Positions 12,501-27,500 of a DNA stretch of 57,675 bases are shown here, piece after piece (position 1 is the first letter of the stretch; each line of letters begins with the position of its first letter). This stretch comes from Priapulus caudatus. Its lineage: Eukaryota. The position numbers were made by a program, and so were the translations under genes. The notes beneath the pieces are model-generated. The model saw only the letters and a program-made list of their open reading frames with translations, ran no database searches and had not been told where the DNA came from. Location of the stretch: NCBI RefSeq assembly GCF_000485595.1, contig NW_014577074.1, positions 96,473 to 154,147 of the forward strand. The letters are read 5' to 3'.

Positions 12501-15500
12501 TGACTGACTGCTACTTTTTTTAATAAATTTCTCCCAACGAGTTACACATTTTTTGTACCGACAGAGAGCTAAGCTTCACCTACAAGGGGGAGGGCTCTGA
12601 CACACGACCTCCTTTTGACGTCACCCCTGGTACTAGCGAATAGGGGGTCATAAGTAACAAAGGGGTACTGGTCAGTATGACCCTATACTCGTCAGCAAAT
12701 TCTAGTGCTGGGCATCGCCAGTCGGTATTAGTCCGTGAGAGACAATGCTGTAAGCACGGCGTGCTCGCGGCAAGGGTTACCCGGCAACCGTCGCACTACC
12801 GCAACTTTTTTTTCAATCGAAATCATTCCCGCTTTGCCATTAATTCCCTGTCATCTCGAATGGGGCGGACTCGTGCGCTCACTCTCTCTCTCTCCCTGGT
12901 TATTATTCCATAGCCGGCCCGAACGAGCGCGAACCCACTCTGAGACAATTTTGACGGAAATATTCCCATTTGCGCACAACCGCGCTTGCGCGAGTGTCCG
13001 CGATAAATTCGCTGGAGTTCACGGCGGGGGCGCGCGAATGAAATCCCCCTCCCCCTCCCCCTCCCCCTCTCCCGCCCCGAGCCGAAAACAGCCAAACGGT
13101 GGCGGCGTAAAATGGGGGAAAAATTGCAAACGGTTCTATTGCCGGCGACGCTTCCTCCCCAAGGGCCGCCGCGATGTCGTGACTCGTGGCTTGGGTTGCC
13201 ACCTACTCGCACAAAAAATTTACGAGGCATTGTATCCTCGCGCGCGCGCGTGTGAGTGAGTGCTGTACGCGCCGCGTCTGACGGAAGCCTTGCTATCGAT
13301 CCGCGACGGAACTTCCTCGTCATCGAGCATTCGTCACGTCGTTCCGAGAACGTTAGTCTGAACAACATTTTTTCTGCTGCGTTCAACGCGAAGACAACGC
13401 CGTTGCAGCGAGAGACTCTCGCAGACGAACACGCCGAGGCGGACGCACGAAACCCGGCGAAGCTGACCCAGAGCGCCATCTAGTGTCACAATACCTGATC
13501 ATAATAGCATCACGCGTGCGAAGAAGAGATTGCAGATGACGATGGAACTAAACGGGGGACACGACGGACAATCTTTGTCCGGCATATGACTGCTGTCGTT
13601 ACAGAGAAGTCGTATGGTGAAACTGACGGTCTTTGAACGCCGTCGCACGGAAATTTCAACTGCTCTTTTTTTACAAAATACAATCAACCCAATTCACTGT
13701 AGTCACTATCGATCAATTTTATCACATTAATCCCGTAATTAGATTGTTTTGTAAATGATTTATGAGCCAAAGAATATCGAATTATGGGCCAAGCTGCTAA
13801 TCGCGACTACGCCTCAAAATAGAATATAAGTACTTAACCAAGAAACCAATATTCGTGCACTCGTGCACTACTACTTAGTGATATCAATGCACGCTGCCAA
13901 CGCCATATTTTATTCATTATGCCTAAGCTGATGTTTTGTAAATGGCATGTATCTCTCTAAACTAAAACGTCCTATTATGAAGCTCTATCACTCTCACGTG
14001 CCCCCCTCTAACTCGCTCTCTGCCTCTCTTGTCGATTTTCCGAGGGTCAAATAGAGATTTCCTAGCAATGTTCGAAAGAAAGGCACTGGTGATTTTGTGG
14101 AAAGGACGTGTACTGTGGTGCGTACTGTTATTATGTGAGTAGCACCATAGGAATTATCACACCCCATGTTCCGAAATTCCTCTATGATGTTATTACACGT
14201 GTTCAAAATTATATTCATGTCCTAATGTGTCGCATATAAAGCAGTTTCTGACCTTCGTGCCTTGTAATGTGCTAAAACCATTAACTAATCATAATTTCGA
14301 CATTACACATTCCAAAATTCTATAAATTGCCCACCTAGGGAATTGCAATTCATATGAATTTTGACATTAGCAGCATGAAAATGTCTAATACCCAGGTTTT
14401 TTGCCAAAACTTACAACTCAGCCATATTTTGACAATTCGGCTATCGAAAATTAGTATTATTATCACATTATTAGTAGGTATACATTTTTACTTTGCTCCT
14501 GCTATGAGTACATGTATGGTCATGAATTTCAATTTACACTATCTACACAAATTGTGTCGTGGCTCCACCTGTCTGATAAACTTGATCAGGGGCGTAGATA
14601 GCAGGGGGGGATGCATCCCCCCCACTTATTGACGAGGGAGGGGGCGTGTACAATCATCCCCCCCCCCTACTTTCAGGAGGAAAATGGGAAATTCAAAATT
14701 TTCTGGGGGAGGACCCGCATACCCCCGCCTGTTTCTTACCACCCTCCTCGAAACCCTGCATTGGCCACTGTCGAGCTTAACAAATTGAGCACCCTCAATT
14801 TCTTCAAAAATCACTTCAAAAATCGTTCCGCGGCGCCTGTAGAGTACTGCTAACAAAGATTATGATTATGAATATTTGTATGCATATCAAAAGTCAAATT
14901 TGAGTTCATCTGACAGGGGCGTAGATAGCGGGAGGATGGGGGTATATCCCCCCCCCTCACACACTTATTGAGGTGGGGTGGCTTTCATCGCCCCTACTTT
15001 CAGGAAGAAAATGGGGAAAAATTTAATATTTTACAGAGAATAAATACTGGATATTTATCTACAAATCCATCATCGCTATTCATACTCTCCTAATGTATTA
15101 TTACAGAAATAGAACGTGACATACATCTACTGTAAAATGGCTGTAACTCGTTCCAAGAATGACATTATTTTACTGAAACTCAGACGGTTAATCTTATCAA
15201 CTGTTCACGAAAGTTAAATCCTTGCTTTATTCAAAATTAGAACAGACCTATTGAAAGTTGGGATATTGAATTTTCACAGGGATTGAATGGGAAAATTCAA
15301 TTTCATCTCACTTTTGGGGGGGATGGGGGTGCTGAGACCCGACCGGAAGTATATTCCCGATTTTGTACAAGGGGTGAAAATATGCACTTTTTGGTTCAAA
15401 TCTGGTTGTTTTCCTCATATTTTTTTGCAGTTTTTCTTAGTAAAATATACGTTTTATCAAAATTTCAGGGGGAGATGATTCCAGTGCTGTAGTTGTCAAC

Positions 15501-18500
15501 GGGGGGTCGGTAGTACGGGGCGTTCGCCCCCCCCCCTAGAATTTTCAGGGCAAATGTATTTGAGCCCAGGTAAGTCTGCACTGGTAACCCCAGTGAGGAC
15601 ATGTACATAGCACAGATTTGGTAGTAATCATTTTAGTGTTTGGTGTCCCCAAAGGTAAAAATACTCAACTCAACAGTGATGTTATTGTGATGAAGATTGT
15701 TTAATAGTGCTACCTCATAGTGCAGGAAATTGCATCGAAGAGGTGTTACTTTCAAAATCCCTGGACCCCCCCCCCCCTAAACAAGAAGGGGACACGCCCT
15801 GAAGGAAGAAAAACCCTGATATTCTATGATAAAGATGTCCAAAATTGATTGCTTTTAGATTGCAACTTTTTAACAATTCCACACAGTGGGAGGGGAACAC
15901 CCCCCGGGCGCTTCATGCCCTTGAGCTCGCATGATTCGCCCCCTCCCCCTAAAAAAAATGTCTGGATCCACCACTGGTTGTGTGTGTGTTGCGTGTTATT
16001 AAACCTCTGGGATCCATAGAAAAAAATTACCCTAGAATTCACAAAATTGCACTTACAATATCAATATTTTTCAATTCCCTCAAAAACGGCCATCTTGAAG
16101 GTTCTAAATTGCTAAAATCCAAGAGCTTCCACGGGCTCCGCCCCCTGGACCCCGGGCTAGGGCGCTGCCCCTGCACCCTGCCAGGGGCCCTAAGGTGGCC
16201 CCCTGGACCCCAACCATTAAGGGCTTTGTGCCAAGTTGCTCGCGGTGTGCGCTACTCGCGCACACTATTCATATACATTGCGATAGAAGTAACAGCGAAA
16301 TCATCCCCCCCACAACTGAGGACCTGTCTACGCCACTGAACTTGATATATAACTGAAGATACAGTCAAACCAGAGTATAAAGGACCAATCAAGAGAAACC
16401 CCTTAGGTGTCCTTTATTATCTGCTGCACTTTATATGGAGGTTGTTCCACTGTATAAGTGTCACTAATGGGAAATGCAACAAGGGTCCTTTATAGACAGG
16501 TGTTTATTTTATAGTGGTGTGCTAACATAGATTTGATTGTATATGCAGTGAAACTACAATACACATGATAGAGAACCAAACATGACAGGAATTGATGCTC
16601 TAAAAACTAAATACCTAATACAATATTATATATAATAATATTCCAATTCTATAAAGAACATAAGAGTATATTTGAGGTTAAGATGACAATCAAACCAGGT
16701 ATATAAGCTGCGTTCACACGAGGATTTCAGTTCCGTACTTGAGCGTTCACATGCTAAAATATACGCGGCTTATTCAGTACCGTACTTAAATACGCGGCTT
16801 GCTTAGCGCGGAATCATATTCCGCGCCAACTAAGCCGCGTATATTCGGCACCACGCTGGCCGCGTATTGTCTGTCGTGTGAACGCATTTCAGCCGAACTC
16901 AGCACCAACGAGGCCGTGTATACGTGTGAACGCAGCTATATTTGAGCTACTATATAAAAAAACAAATCGCGGGGTCTACAATATATATACACTATATAAC
17001 ACACTGTATAAAACAAGACTACGAATAGAGGATACATACTTGTGCACATCCCTCTTCTTTGCCTTTCCATCGTGTACTGAATACACAGTAAAGGCTGCAT
17101 TCTCTACTTCTGACTTGAGCTTGTCATTCTCAACCTAGAAACAGAAGTCACAATTTCCAAATTTTAAATGGCATTCCAACTTGACATGTAAAGCAAAGAA
17201 TGTCCTAAAATGCAATGATTGGCACTCTGTAACCTACTCGAACGACAACAAAAAAACACTCAAGTTGAAATATATACATTGAAGTTTAAGAAAAACTTAT
17301 TATAGATTAATTTTGAGTAACCTACCATTAGCAATACTGCATCACCAAAGTGTTCAGCTATTTTCTCTGTCACTCGGCACGAGACCAGGTCTGGACTGAA
17401 AAATTGTTTTACAATATTGTTTACTCACTGACACTGCATTATTTATTATTTACCAGAGCTGCAATGGTTGTCAAATAATTGAAAAGTCTTCCTTCACTTA
17501 GATGTATTTGCCTGTTTGACATGATATGTAGAACAAGTAGAAACGTTTCTCCTAAAAGACAGCTCAGGATCAAGCACTCGCAAACCAATACAAAACATTT
17601 AAGAATTAAGTAACATATTTTTGGCATTAAAAAGAATGAATCAGAGATCGGACATGTCAGTGGTGTGACACGCAATATCATACTGATACTAATCTGCTGA
17701 ACATCAACAAATTGTAATACCCGTTACAATATGTAGCCTGTCAGAGCAAAACATGCCGTAGGACTTCAATGTTCATTCTGAGTTATAGGTGATTTTTCAC
17801 CTAAAAGTAGTGAAAAGCCACTTTTTTTTCCTTTTTTTTCATATATTTGGTCATATATTTGATTTTTTTTTGGTCATAAATACCTTTAGTAGTTATCCAT
17901 GTTCGATAATAAAACTGGCCAAAAGTGTAATATGCAGTAAGATATTTTTTCAGATTTTTGTCCAAATGAAGGCCAAATGAAAACAAACTTTAACTTTATG
18001 ACCTAATTATTCTGAACTTTGTTTTCCAAAATCGGCCCGATTCCAACTACTCAAATGCTCATAACTTCCGAACCATATGACCTAGTGAAGAAGATCTTGG
18101 TGTCAAAATAACCAGAATTGAATGGTCTTTCTGATAAAACTACTAACTCATAATGTCCGAATTGAGTCCTACAGCATGTTTTGATCTGACAGGCTACATA
18201 TTGTGGTGCACTCTAGCTAGTAAGTTTCTTGGAATGCGCAAGTACAGGCCATGTCAAAAAAGATGAAGTTGTTCTTGTAAATTTTCCCATTGCAACTTTA
18301 ATTCTTGTTGCAGGGTTAGCTCAGTATGCCAATTGCCATGCCTGGTACTATTAGTTTACAAAGGAAAGGTCAGACTTATAATTTGCCGTGGGATGCATGT
18401 CATGGATTGGCCATGGATTGGCCATGCATGGCATGGTGACCCAGTTTTGACTAACGATTATGATCCTGGAGTAAAAAAAACTACTGAGATGAGGTATTAT

Positions 18501-21500
18501 CATGTCACAAGTACCTATTGGCAGTGAAGCTTTCGTTAGCTTGGTAGTAGCCGGCTATGACAAGGTTTTTAGCTCTGCAGTAGGCATCTACCTGAAAGAT
18601 TAGGGAAACCACAATTTTAAACTACAACTCAAGCATTTTGTATCCAGGATGAAAATATCTACACATTTTCTTGCATTTACCATGATTATTTGATTAATTA
18701 CATATAGCAGTAACATTACCAACCTAAAACACACATTTTGCCAATTTTCATTTTGAATTAGTAACTGATAATGATTTTAATCTACAATTTACAACAGTTG
18801 CGATTTAAACAACATCAAGTCTGCCCAGAAAGTATTCTTAATTTTGATGCAAAATTAATTTTAATAAATTGAGGATATATTTGAGTAAAGGAGATGAAAA
18901 TGTTGCCATATATAGACTGAACTGATGAAGCTGTGCAATGTATTCCCTATAAAAACTAGGACGTGCTATTGTGAAACCTCTCTCTCTTACAAACTAGACA
19001 CACAATTCTTGATTGCACTGTGACTAGGGTACACAGATAGACACTCCTATTAGGTTATCTATAATAAAGCCACCCTAAAACTATTGTATTACCAACTTTG
19101 ACACAGAATGTTGGACTACGTAGCTTTGCTAGATTTGCCACCACTTAACGTAGTTTCAATACCAGGGAAGGTGAGGTGTCAATAATCAAACTAAGGGTGG
19201 GAAGCAAGGGGGAAAATTTCTGTTTATGCAGCAATTGACGGTTGGAACTCTCTACCACAGCATTTTAGGAGAAATACTTTAATAGTTGTCAGTACTATCC
19301 TAAAAAAGTCGAATTAATTGCAAAGGTTGAAACATTGAGGAGGCAGAGGAGTTTGAATTACATTATTGAATTAAATTGTAAATAGTGCAGAAGAAAAGTA
19401 CAAATTATGTCAAAAGTATGACTTGTAAAAATTGCACACCTGTATATTTCGATTCAAACTCAAAGTCCTATATCTAATACATATTTGTGAATGTCTCTCT
19501 GTTTGTCTGTTTTCGATGCAAATCAATATGGGCCACTCTAGACCACGTGCTAGACCATATACTCTATGTCCAAGGATGCTCAGTAGATGTAACTTTTGAT
19601 GCTGAATGTCATGGACACATTGGATTTGACCTCAGAGGTCATCCCACGTCACAGGAGGAAAAAATTAGGCAAAAATCGGTGATAAATTGCCCCTGCAGCA
19701 GTATTAAATAAATGCGACCCTGCAGCAGCAGTAAATAAACCGGCCCCTGCAGCAGCACTAAATAAACGGGATTCACTTTGCACTGTACAATGCGCCATGT
19801 CATTGACCTAACACAGGGGTCGAAATTAGCGGTATCCCGATATCCGCGGGATAGTAGATTCTTGTGTTGGATACCAGATTTCAATACTTGGTATCCCGCC
19901 GGGTATGGCATGTATTTTGTTTCATAATTCGATTTTTTGTTTTATGGTTGATTTTATCACATATAACATGCACGGATCGAATGCTTCGATCCACGGATCG
20001 AATAATGCGATTCAGAGTCGCATGGTTCGATGTGGTGCGTGCAAGAGGGATCTACATAATACCAAAAATACCGTAGTGGTTATTCCCACTGCGGCGGTGC
20101 GGATAACAGAAAATGTGTTCTTATTCGCACCGCGGTGAATTCGCAGTGCACACGCAAGCAGAAGTTAACTGATAGCCTTGACCACTGAGCTCTATCATAG
20201 AATAATTTATTTTATTTTATTTTATATTTTATACATGTTGAAAGGCCAAGGAGTGCCAACATTGAGCAGTTACTATGTATGAGCAAGAGAGAAAATAGAG
20301 GAAGAGGGACGAGGTATATGAGGAGGGGAGAAGGTGGTACAGGCGGAAGGAGAGAAGGTATAGGACGAGGGAGAAGGTAGTTGGAGAGGAGGAGGGGAGA
20401 AGGGGTGGAGGTAGAAGAGGTAGAGGATGAGGAAAAAGGTAGTGGATGAGGAGGGGGAGAAGGGGATGAGGTAGAAAAGGGGGACAGGGAGGAGGTAGAA
20501 AAGGGGTACAAGAAGGAGGTCGAGGAGGAGGGTAGAAGGTGGTGAGGGAGAAGATCTATAGTCTCTTGCAGAACCTCTACTTCGGTAGTGCGCATAACGC
20601 ATCTACAATGTAATTATTTCCATTTACATTTTTGTAATTTTGTTTTATTATACTTTTAATGTGGGGTTCTTTGGTGAGAAATTGTTATTTGTGTAAGCCT
20701 ATAAATATACATTGATGCCTGTGATGTGTATGCATTGTATCAAGCAAACCAGACAATGCGTCTAGACAATACGTCTGCAGTGTACTTGTCTGTGCATATC
20801 TGTGAATCTGTTTTCATGTTTTATGTATAATAATTACATTACATATTAATAATTTTCAAATGCTATTATTGCATATTTCAATATTTTGGATACCCACATT
20901 GTTGAAATTACTATCCAAAAAATGGAACGCCAGATCTTTGGGGGGATACCAAATTTCAATACCTGGTATCCCGAATGGATACCATAATAAAAATCTAATT
21001 TCGACCCCTGTAACAACATTCACCGTGCACTGACTTGATACAGAATGTGCACCACTACTTTCGATAGGTTCTAGCAAATTCTAAAAAATTATTAATCTTA
21101 CTTGAATGTACCAATTTCCACCCATGAAAAGGCCTGCATTAGTTATTCTGCAACTTTAAACGTGTACCAGATAGATAGATAGATAGATAGTGTTACGTGC
21201 TGCACAGCCCCGAAGTCATAGCCAAAACCAGAACCAGTGGAGAACGTTTACACAAGCATTTATTCAGCTACACAACCGTGTGCTCCGTGCTCCGTGCCCT
21301 GTCCACTGCCTCGTGTATACACGTGTACGTTACACCCATATATTGCCACGTGTGTCGCCATCTAGTGGCTGACTAGGCTATTCCAGACATGTTTTACAAC
21401 ACTTAACATCTTTCCCCTTTTGGAAAAACTCGATCTAGCTCAACACCAATCAACACTATTTCTTTAGTCATCAAAGTAACACGACCCAAAATTATTAAAA

Positions 21501-24500
21501 TAACAGAACACAAAACTAACTATTTTCACAATCCTCATAGGTAGTATGACTTTAACGTTATCACTTCACAAGAATTTAACTTGTATCAAATATCATCAAT
21601 ACATCACAAATTATACCTTCTTGTGCCACCGATACGTGTTACATAAATGAACGATCATAGCTGAATAAAATAAAACCGCTTAACATAAGACGTGTCACTC
21701 TATCATCCGATACTACTGATGCTACTGCCTAAACCTTACAGGCATTTTAACAGTTCTGCCGGATCTGGTTGTCTTTACATCGGCGTCTGTTGCCATCTTT
21801 GTTTTGCCAACCGCCGATGCTGACGGTGGCTGAGGTACGTCGGAAGGGGGTGCGATTGGCACTTGCGTGGGCAACGCCGGCGACGTCGCTTGTCGCAGCT
21901 CTTGTCGTGGCTCATGTGGCGGGCTGTCGCTCTCTGTGGCAATGCTTAATTTGGCTTGGCTTGGTTGAGGCGGCAGCAAGTGTGCTGACTTGTCAAACTT
22001 CCTGAGGTGGCGTCTGTTCCTTCGGAACACTTTTCCTTGTTCCGTGGTCACCTCAAATAAGCGACCTATCAGCTGCTTTGACACTCTTGCCTCCTGCCAC
22101 TCTCTCTTCCCGGGAACCAGCGGCTGCATCCTCACAGTGTTATCAACTGTGAGCCAGCTAAGTTCCCTGCAGTTACGCCTGCTCTTTCCAAGCACCCGCT
22201 TTCTCTCTTTAGACTGCGCCTCCCTTATCGGGTCAGCATACCCCGGCTTCAACTTTGCTTCACTGATGGGCATAACAGTCTTTGTGCGTCTCCCCAGCAG
22301 CCTTTGAGCTGGGCTGGTTGACATCCCCTCTGTTGGTGTGTTTCTAGCATTTAGAAGACCTAAGAATGGGTCTTCCCCAGAGGCCTTGCTCTTCCTCATG
22401 AGCCTCTTCACAATCTTTACAGCAGCCTCGGCTGCCCCGTTGGCCTGACTGTTGCCAGGGCTGATTAACTCATGGTGAAACTTCCAGCCGCGTGCGAATG
22501 ACCGGAACCTCGCTGATGTGAATTGAGCAGCATTATCCGTGACGACCGTGTCAGGGATACCATATCTCGAGAAGTGCTCCTTAAGCTTCATAATCACTGC
22601 TTCAGCAGTTGTCTCACGCAGCCGGTCAACATCAGAGACGTTGCTATGATCATCCACTGTGACAAGGTACCGTATATACTCGCGTAATAACCGCAAATTT
22701 GGCCTCAGATTTCAACCCTGTATTTGCTCTGCGGTTTATAAGTGCGCCACACCGTGAGGGGAAATATACTAGGCGCAATACTTGGTTACCCGATTCAAAT
22801 TGAGGTGCGGCTTATAGGCGCCCGCGGTTATTACGCGATCATATACGGTAATCACAGCCTGCCCACGACAACAAGTCCGATGCCACGCTTTGCCAAGGTC
22901 TCCGAGGCACCTCTGCAATGACTGGTGACTCTGCATGTTGTTTCACTGAATATGTCGCGCATGTACCGCATGCTTCCACATATTGTCGGATCTCTGCCGA
23001 CATACCCGGCCAGAAGATCAGGTCTCTGGCTCTCCGTAGACACGAGTTTATTCCTAGATGCCCCTGATGTACCTTCTCCTTCATTTCTTTCCTTAGACTG
23101 ACTGGGACGACTATTCGTCCACCTCGCAGGATGATTCCACCCTGAACGGTAAGCTCGTCCCTGTAGCTAAAGTACGGACGTAGACTCTCTGTCAAGTGCC
23201 TTACCTCGCTAGGCCATCCTTTCATGATGACCTGCCCCAGGGCCACAAGAGTGTCATCTGACAACGTAGCACCGCTGATCTGAAGTAACCTTTCATCCTT
23301 CAGTGGATGGCACGTGATGTTGTGCACATCCACAACCTCCTCCTGGTTGGTTGTGAAGTGGGTGCTCTAGACAGCGCGTCTGCCAACAGTATCTCATTTC
23401 CCGCGTTATATTTCAAACAGTATAAGTACTTTTGTGCCCTCAGAATGAGATTCTGTAGCCTTTTCGGGGCCTTCGAGAGTGGCTTTGCGCAAATCGCCAC
23501 CAGCGGTTTGTGGTCCGTCCAGACCTCAACCTCTCGCCCGAAAGTGTAGTGATGGAACTTTTCCAATCCATACGTCATGGCCAGCATCTCCTTTTCTACT
23601 GGGCATAGCGGCGTTCAGCCTCAGACAAAGCACAGCTCGCATACGCCACGGGCCTGCCCTCTTGCAGCAGAGCAGATCCAAGTCCATACTCACACGCGTC
23701 GTTCTCTAGGGTGAGGGTCTTAACCGGATTGTAGAAAGCCAACACTGGCGTTTTTGTGATCCTGTCCTTCACCTGATCAAACGCGTCCTGCTGCGCCGTG
23801 GACCACGTCCACGCAACATTCTTCTTCAGCAGGTTGTGGAGTGGATGGATTAATGTGGTGACCTTGGGGAAAACTTGGCCAAGTAGTTGACCATCCACAG
23901 AAACCTACGTAGCTCCTCCAACCCACCTGGTTCCTTCATATCTCTGATCGCAGACACTTTCTCATCGTCGATGCCCAGGCCTTCTGCCGAGATACGGTGG
24001 CCCATGAAGGTGAAGGTATTCACTGCTACTTCCATCTTGTCAGGATTCAGCTTTATTCCTACCTCCCTGCACCTATCTAGAAATTTCCCCAGTCTCTCAT
24101 CATGCTCCTGCATGGTTCTTGCATGAACTACCACATCATCAGCAATGCAGATCACCCCTGGTAGATCGCTGAGGGCTTTCAGCAGCTTCCTCTGAAAAAT
24201 TTCTGATGACAAACACAAACCGAAATGTAACCAGAGCCATCGGAATCTTCCAAAGCACATCGGAAATGCTGTGAGTAAACTCGACTCATGGTCCAACTTA
24301 ACATGCCAATATCCCGAGGCGAGATCCGTCTTCGAGAATACTCTTGAGTCACTCAACTCATGTAATGCATCNNNNNNNNNNGTCACTAGCTATATGTTAA
24401 CACTTGAACACGCGTTAACCAATGGTGTAATCACTAACACAACAAAAACAAATAACTGAATTTTGTCAAATTACCACTCAACTAAATGCTATGTAAAAAA

Positions 24501-27500
24501 AACACAACGAAGGGCACTGAGTATCTTCTGTTGTTCCTCGGGTTAGTCACCTTCATTCGACATGTCCCCGCAGGTTTGTGGACAGCCTTGTTCCACATCT
24601 TTAGTACACCTCTATATGGCTCTATCTTGTCTGCAAATCTGGATGGCAGCATGTTTACAGACGCCCCGGTGTCTATCTGAAAATCGACTTCTGAACCGCC
24701 AACCATCATCCGACACTTTGTCATCCTACTGGTTGGGGACACACCTGTGACAGCTTGCACAGACGGTCTTTTCCCCTGAGCTGTGACTGTATTGCACCAC
24801 TCATAATCTGAGTCACTGGCAGATACATCATCATAATACTCTTCCTTTAGCTGATTCACCCGGCCCCTACCAGTCCTGAAGGGCGCCGATACTCTCTGTT
24901 TCTGTTGTCCGCGTCTCATGTTGTCTGGGCATTTTGACTTAAAAAGTGATTCTTCTCACCGCATATGTGGCACGTCTTGCCAAAAGCTGGACACTTTTCT
25001 TTCTTCATGACGTGAGAGAAGTTGCAAAATCTGCACTGTTCTTTCTGCAAAGTTACGTACTGTTTATCCTTGACCTCGGGAAATCTTGCCCTTATTTTGT
25101 GCACAGTATCAGGCATAACTGGCTTCAATGCTCTGTCACACAACGAAGCAGACTGTGCAGCCCTGCACACATCAATGCACCTGTCAAGGTCAAGTTTTCT
25201 TATCTTTAGCAAGTCTTCTCTCGTTTCATTTTCTCTTATTCCCAGCACAACTCTGTCTCTTATCATAGAAGCCTCGCACGTGCTGCAAAGCTTACAGGTT
25301 TGTGCCAGTGTTCTGAGGTCGGCCAGGAAGTGATCAAAGTCCTCCCCTTCCTGCTGACAACGCCGGTAAAATAAAAATCTCTCCATGGTTTCATTCACCT
25401 CACCTATGCCTATGGCATATTCTTAAAATTTCCCTGTAATTTCAGTGACAGTTCTTTGTGGGCGGAGAGTTCTCGGGTTCTCGGGTTCTCGGGTTCTCGG
25501 GTTTCTCCCAGTTCTCGGGCGTTGAGAAGCTAAACCCACTGAGCGTTTTCATCGCATCGTCAGCGAGACAGTTCTCAAGCATTGCTACCTGAAACGCACG
25601 GTCTTTCGTGTGTAGCCCAGATAACAGGTTGTAGTTGTCCCATCTTTTCTTAAAAAGCTTCCAACTCCCTACTTTGTCTTCTTCCAAAGTCAGGGGCTGT
25701 GGTGGCTTTATGCTGCCGAAGTTGTAGCCCTGCCTGTCAGGCTCACTGCCACGTGTCACGCGCACCTCCATTTGACTTGTGAATCTTTCTCCAGGCTATA
25801 ACACAGCTTTCCACAGATGTCCTATCCTGTGCATGGTTTATTCAGTTTACCGCTGCCACCATGTTACGTGCTGCACAGTGCACAGCCACGAAGTCATAGC
25901 CAAAACCAGAACCAGTGGAGAACGTTTACACAAGCATTTATTCAGCTACATAACCGTGTGCTCCGTGCTCCGTGCCCTGTCCACTGCTTAACTGCCTCGT
26001 GTAACATGCGTCTAAACAGAGGAATTGCTCCGACCTGTGATTGGAGGATAAACAATAAGACCCGCCACTCCTGCGCCATACGCATTATTGCTCATTTGAC
26101 GGTTTAGGCAACGTGTACTAACTATCATATGGAGCGAAACGAGTTTGAGGTTACTTTCTATAAATTCTAGCTAGTATAGACACGTCTTAGCATTTAATCT
26201 CTGTGATTTGAGTCTATTGAAGCGCGATTAGTCGCTAATTAATTAGCAAATCATGACGCGCGGCTATGACCGTGTTGAAACGAAACGCTCACGAATTCTA
26301 CTTTTTATTCCTCCAAAAATGGGCGTGCGGAAGTGGGCCCGGCGGCCCCCGGCCCCCCCCCGACCCTCCTCGATTTTTGATCCTTCCAATCACAGGGTCG
26401 GATGCAATTCCTCTGTTTAGACGCATGTCTCGTGTATACACGTGTACGTTACACCCATCTATTGCCATCGCTGTCGCCATCTAGTGGCTGACATAGGCTA
26501 TTCAGACATGTTATTACAACACTTAACAGATAGATATGAGTAATAGGTAAGATTAGATAGATGGATGGATAGATAGATAGAGATTGATAGATATAAATGA
26601 TAAATTAAATAGATAGATAGATGAAATATTACATAGATAGATAAATAATTACATAGATAGATAAATAGATAAGATAAACTAGATCAATTCAGATTAGATC
26701 AGATAGATGCGATAGAGTAGAATAAATAGATAGATTTTTGGGTATTTTTCTTTCAACCAAGTTGTTACCAACTGAGCGCTTTATTTCCCGGGCAACGCTG
26801 GCTGTCCTGCTAGTTACTCCTATGATTAGGAGTAATGTTGCAAGAACCACACTGCCACAATGTAAATAAGTGTGCTTGCCATACTTTTGTGCATACATCC
26901 TTGGTAGTTATCTAAATTCTTGAATTTAAAATTCATTGTAACAGTATGTGTATATATATGAATATTTACCTAAAAAGGTAAAGTAAAAAAATAAAACTTG
27001 ACAGAATCCTATTAATATTAACGACGTGGATATTCGTCCGAGCATCGGACACCTGTTCGTGGTCCGTCGATCATCAACATCATCGGTTGGACCCAAGTAA
27101 CCGATGATCGGTTACAATCGGTTACTCGGGGTGTTGCATGCCTGCTTGTGCGTAACGTCGTGTGCATGTACGTGTGTGCATGTATGTGCTTGTTTAGCCC
27201 TGTTTACTGTTTGTTTTGCACTGTTTACTACTGTGTGTATAATACATGTATGTTAATAAAGGACAACATGTATAGTAGCGATATCTCTGATTCTCATCAC
27301 TTTTCCAAATTTTCTTGTTAAAGTTTAAAAAAATTTTTTTTTAGGAAATCGATTATGGATTTTGATAACCAAGCGCTTGGTTCGAGCCACTGTTCAACCG
27401 ATGATCGAGTATAATCGATGATCGTGACATCACTACCTGTTCGTATGCGCTATTCGTCCGAGCAGTTGTTGCGCATGCGCTGTTCATGTAGCATGCCGCA

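Larger units (their letters stand above)
21722..25771 (-). pseudogene. Gypsy gag-pol, disrupted by frameshifts, a stop, insertions and an N gap
   Basis: Gag CRFCNFSH..CPAFGKTCHICGEKNH; protease FQIDTGAS; RT DLASGYW and IADD; RNase H DACEYGLG; integrase HQGHLG..CGTC, VTDNAAQF, NGAAEAAV; split over several ORFs. Confidence 0.93.
21191..26528 (-). mobile_element. Decayed Ty3/Gypsy LTR retrotransposon (Mag-like) in EMC8 intron 1
   Basis: TG...CA LTRs at 21191-21408 and 25862-26528; 5-bp TSD GATAG; PBS at 25849-25861; PPT at 21409-21421; domain order gag(2x zinc knuckle)-PR-RT-RH-IN. Confidence 0.95.
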
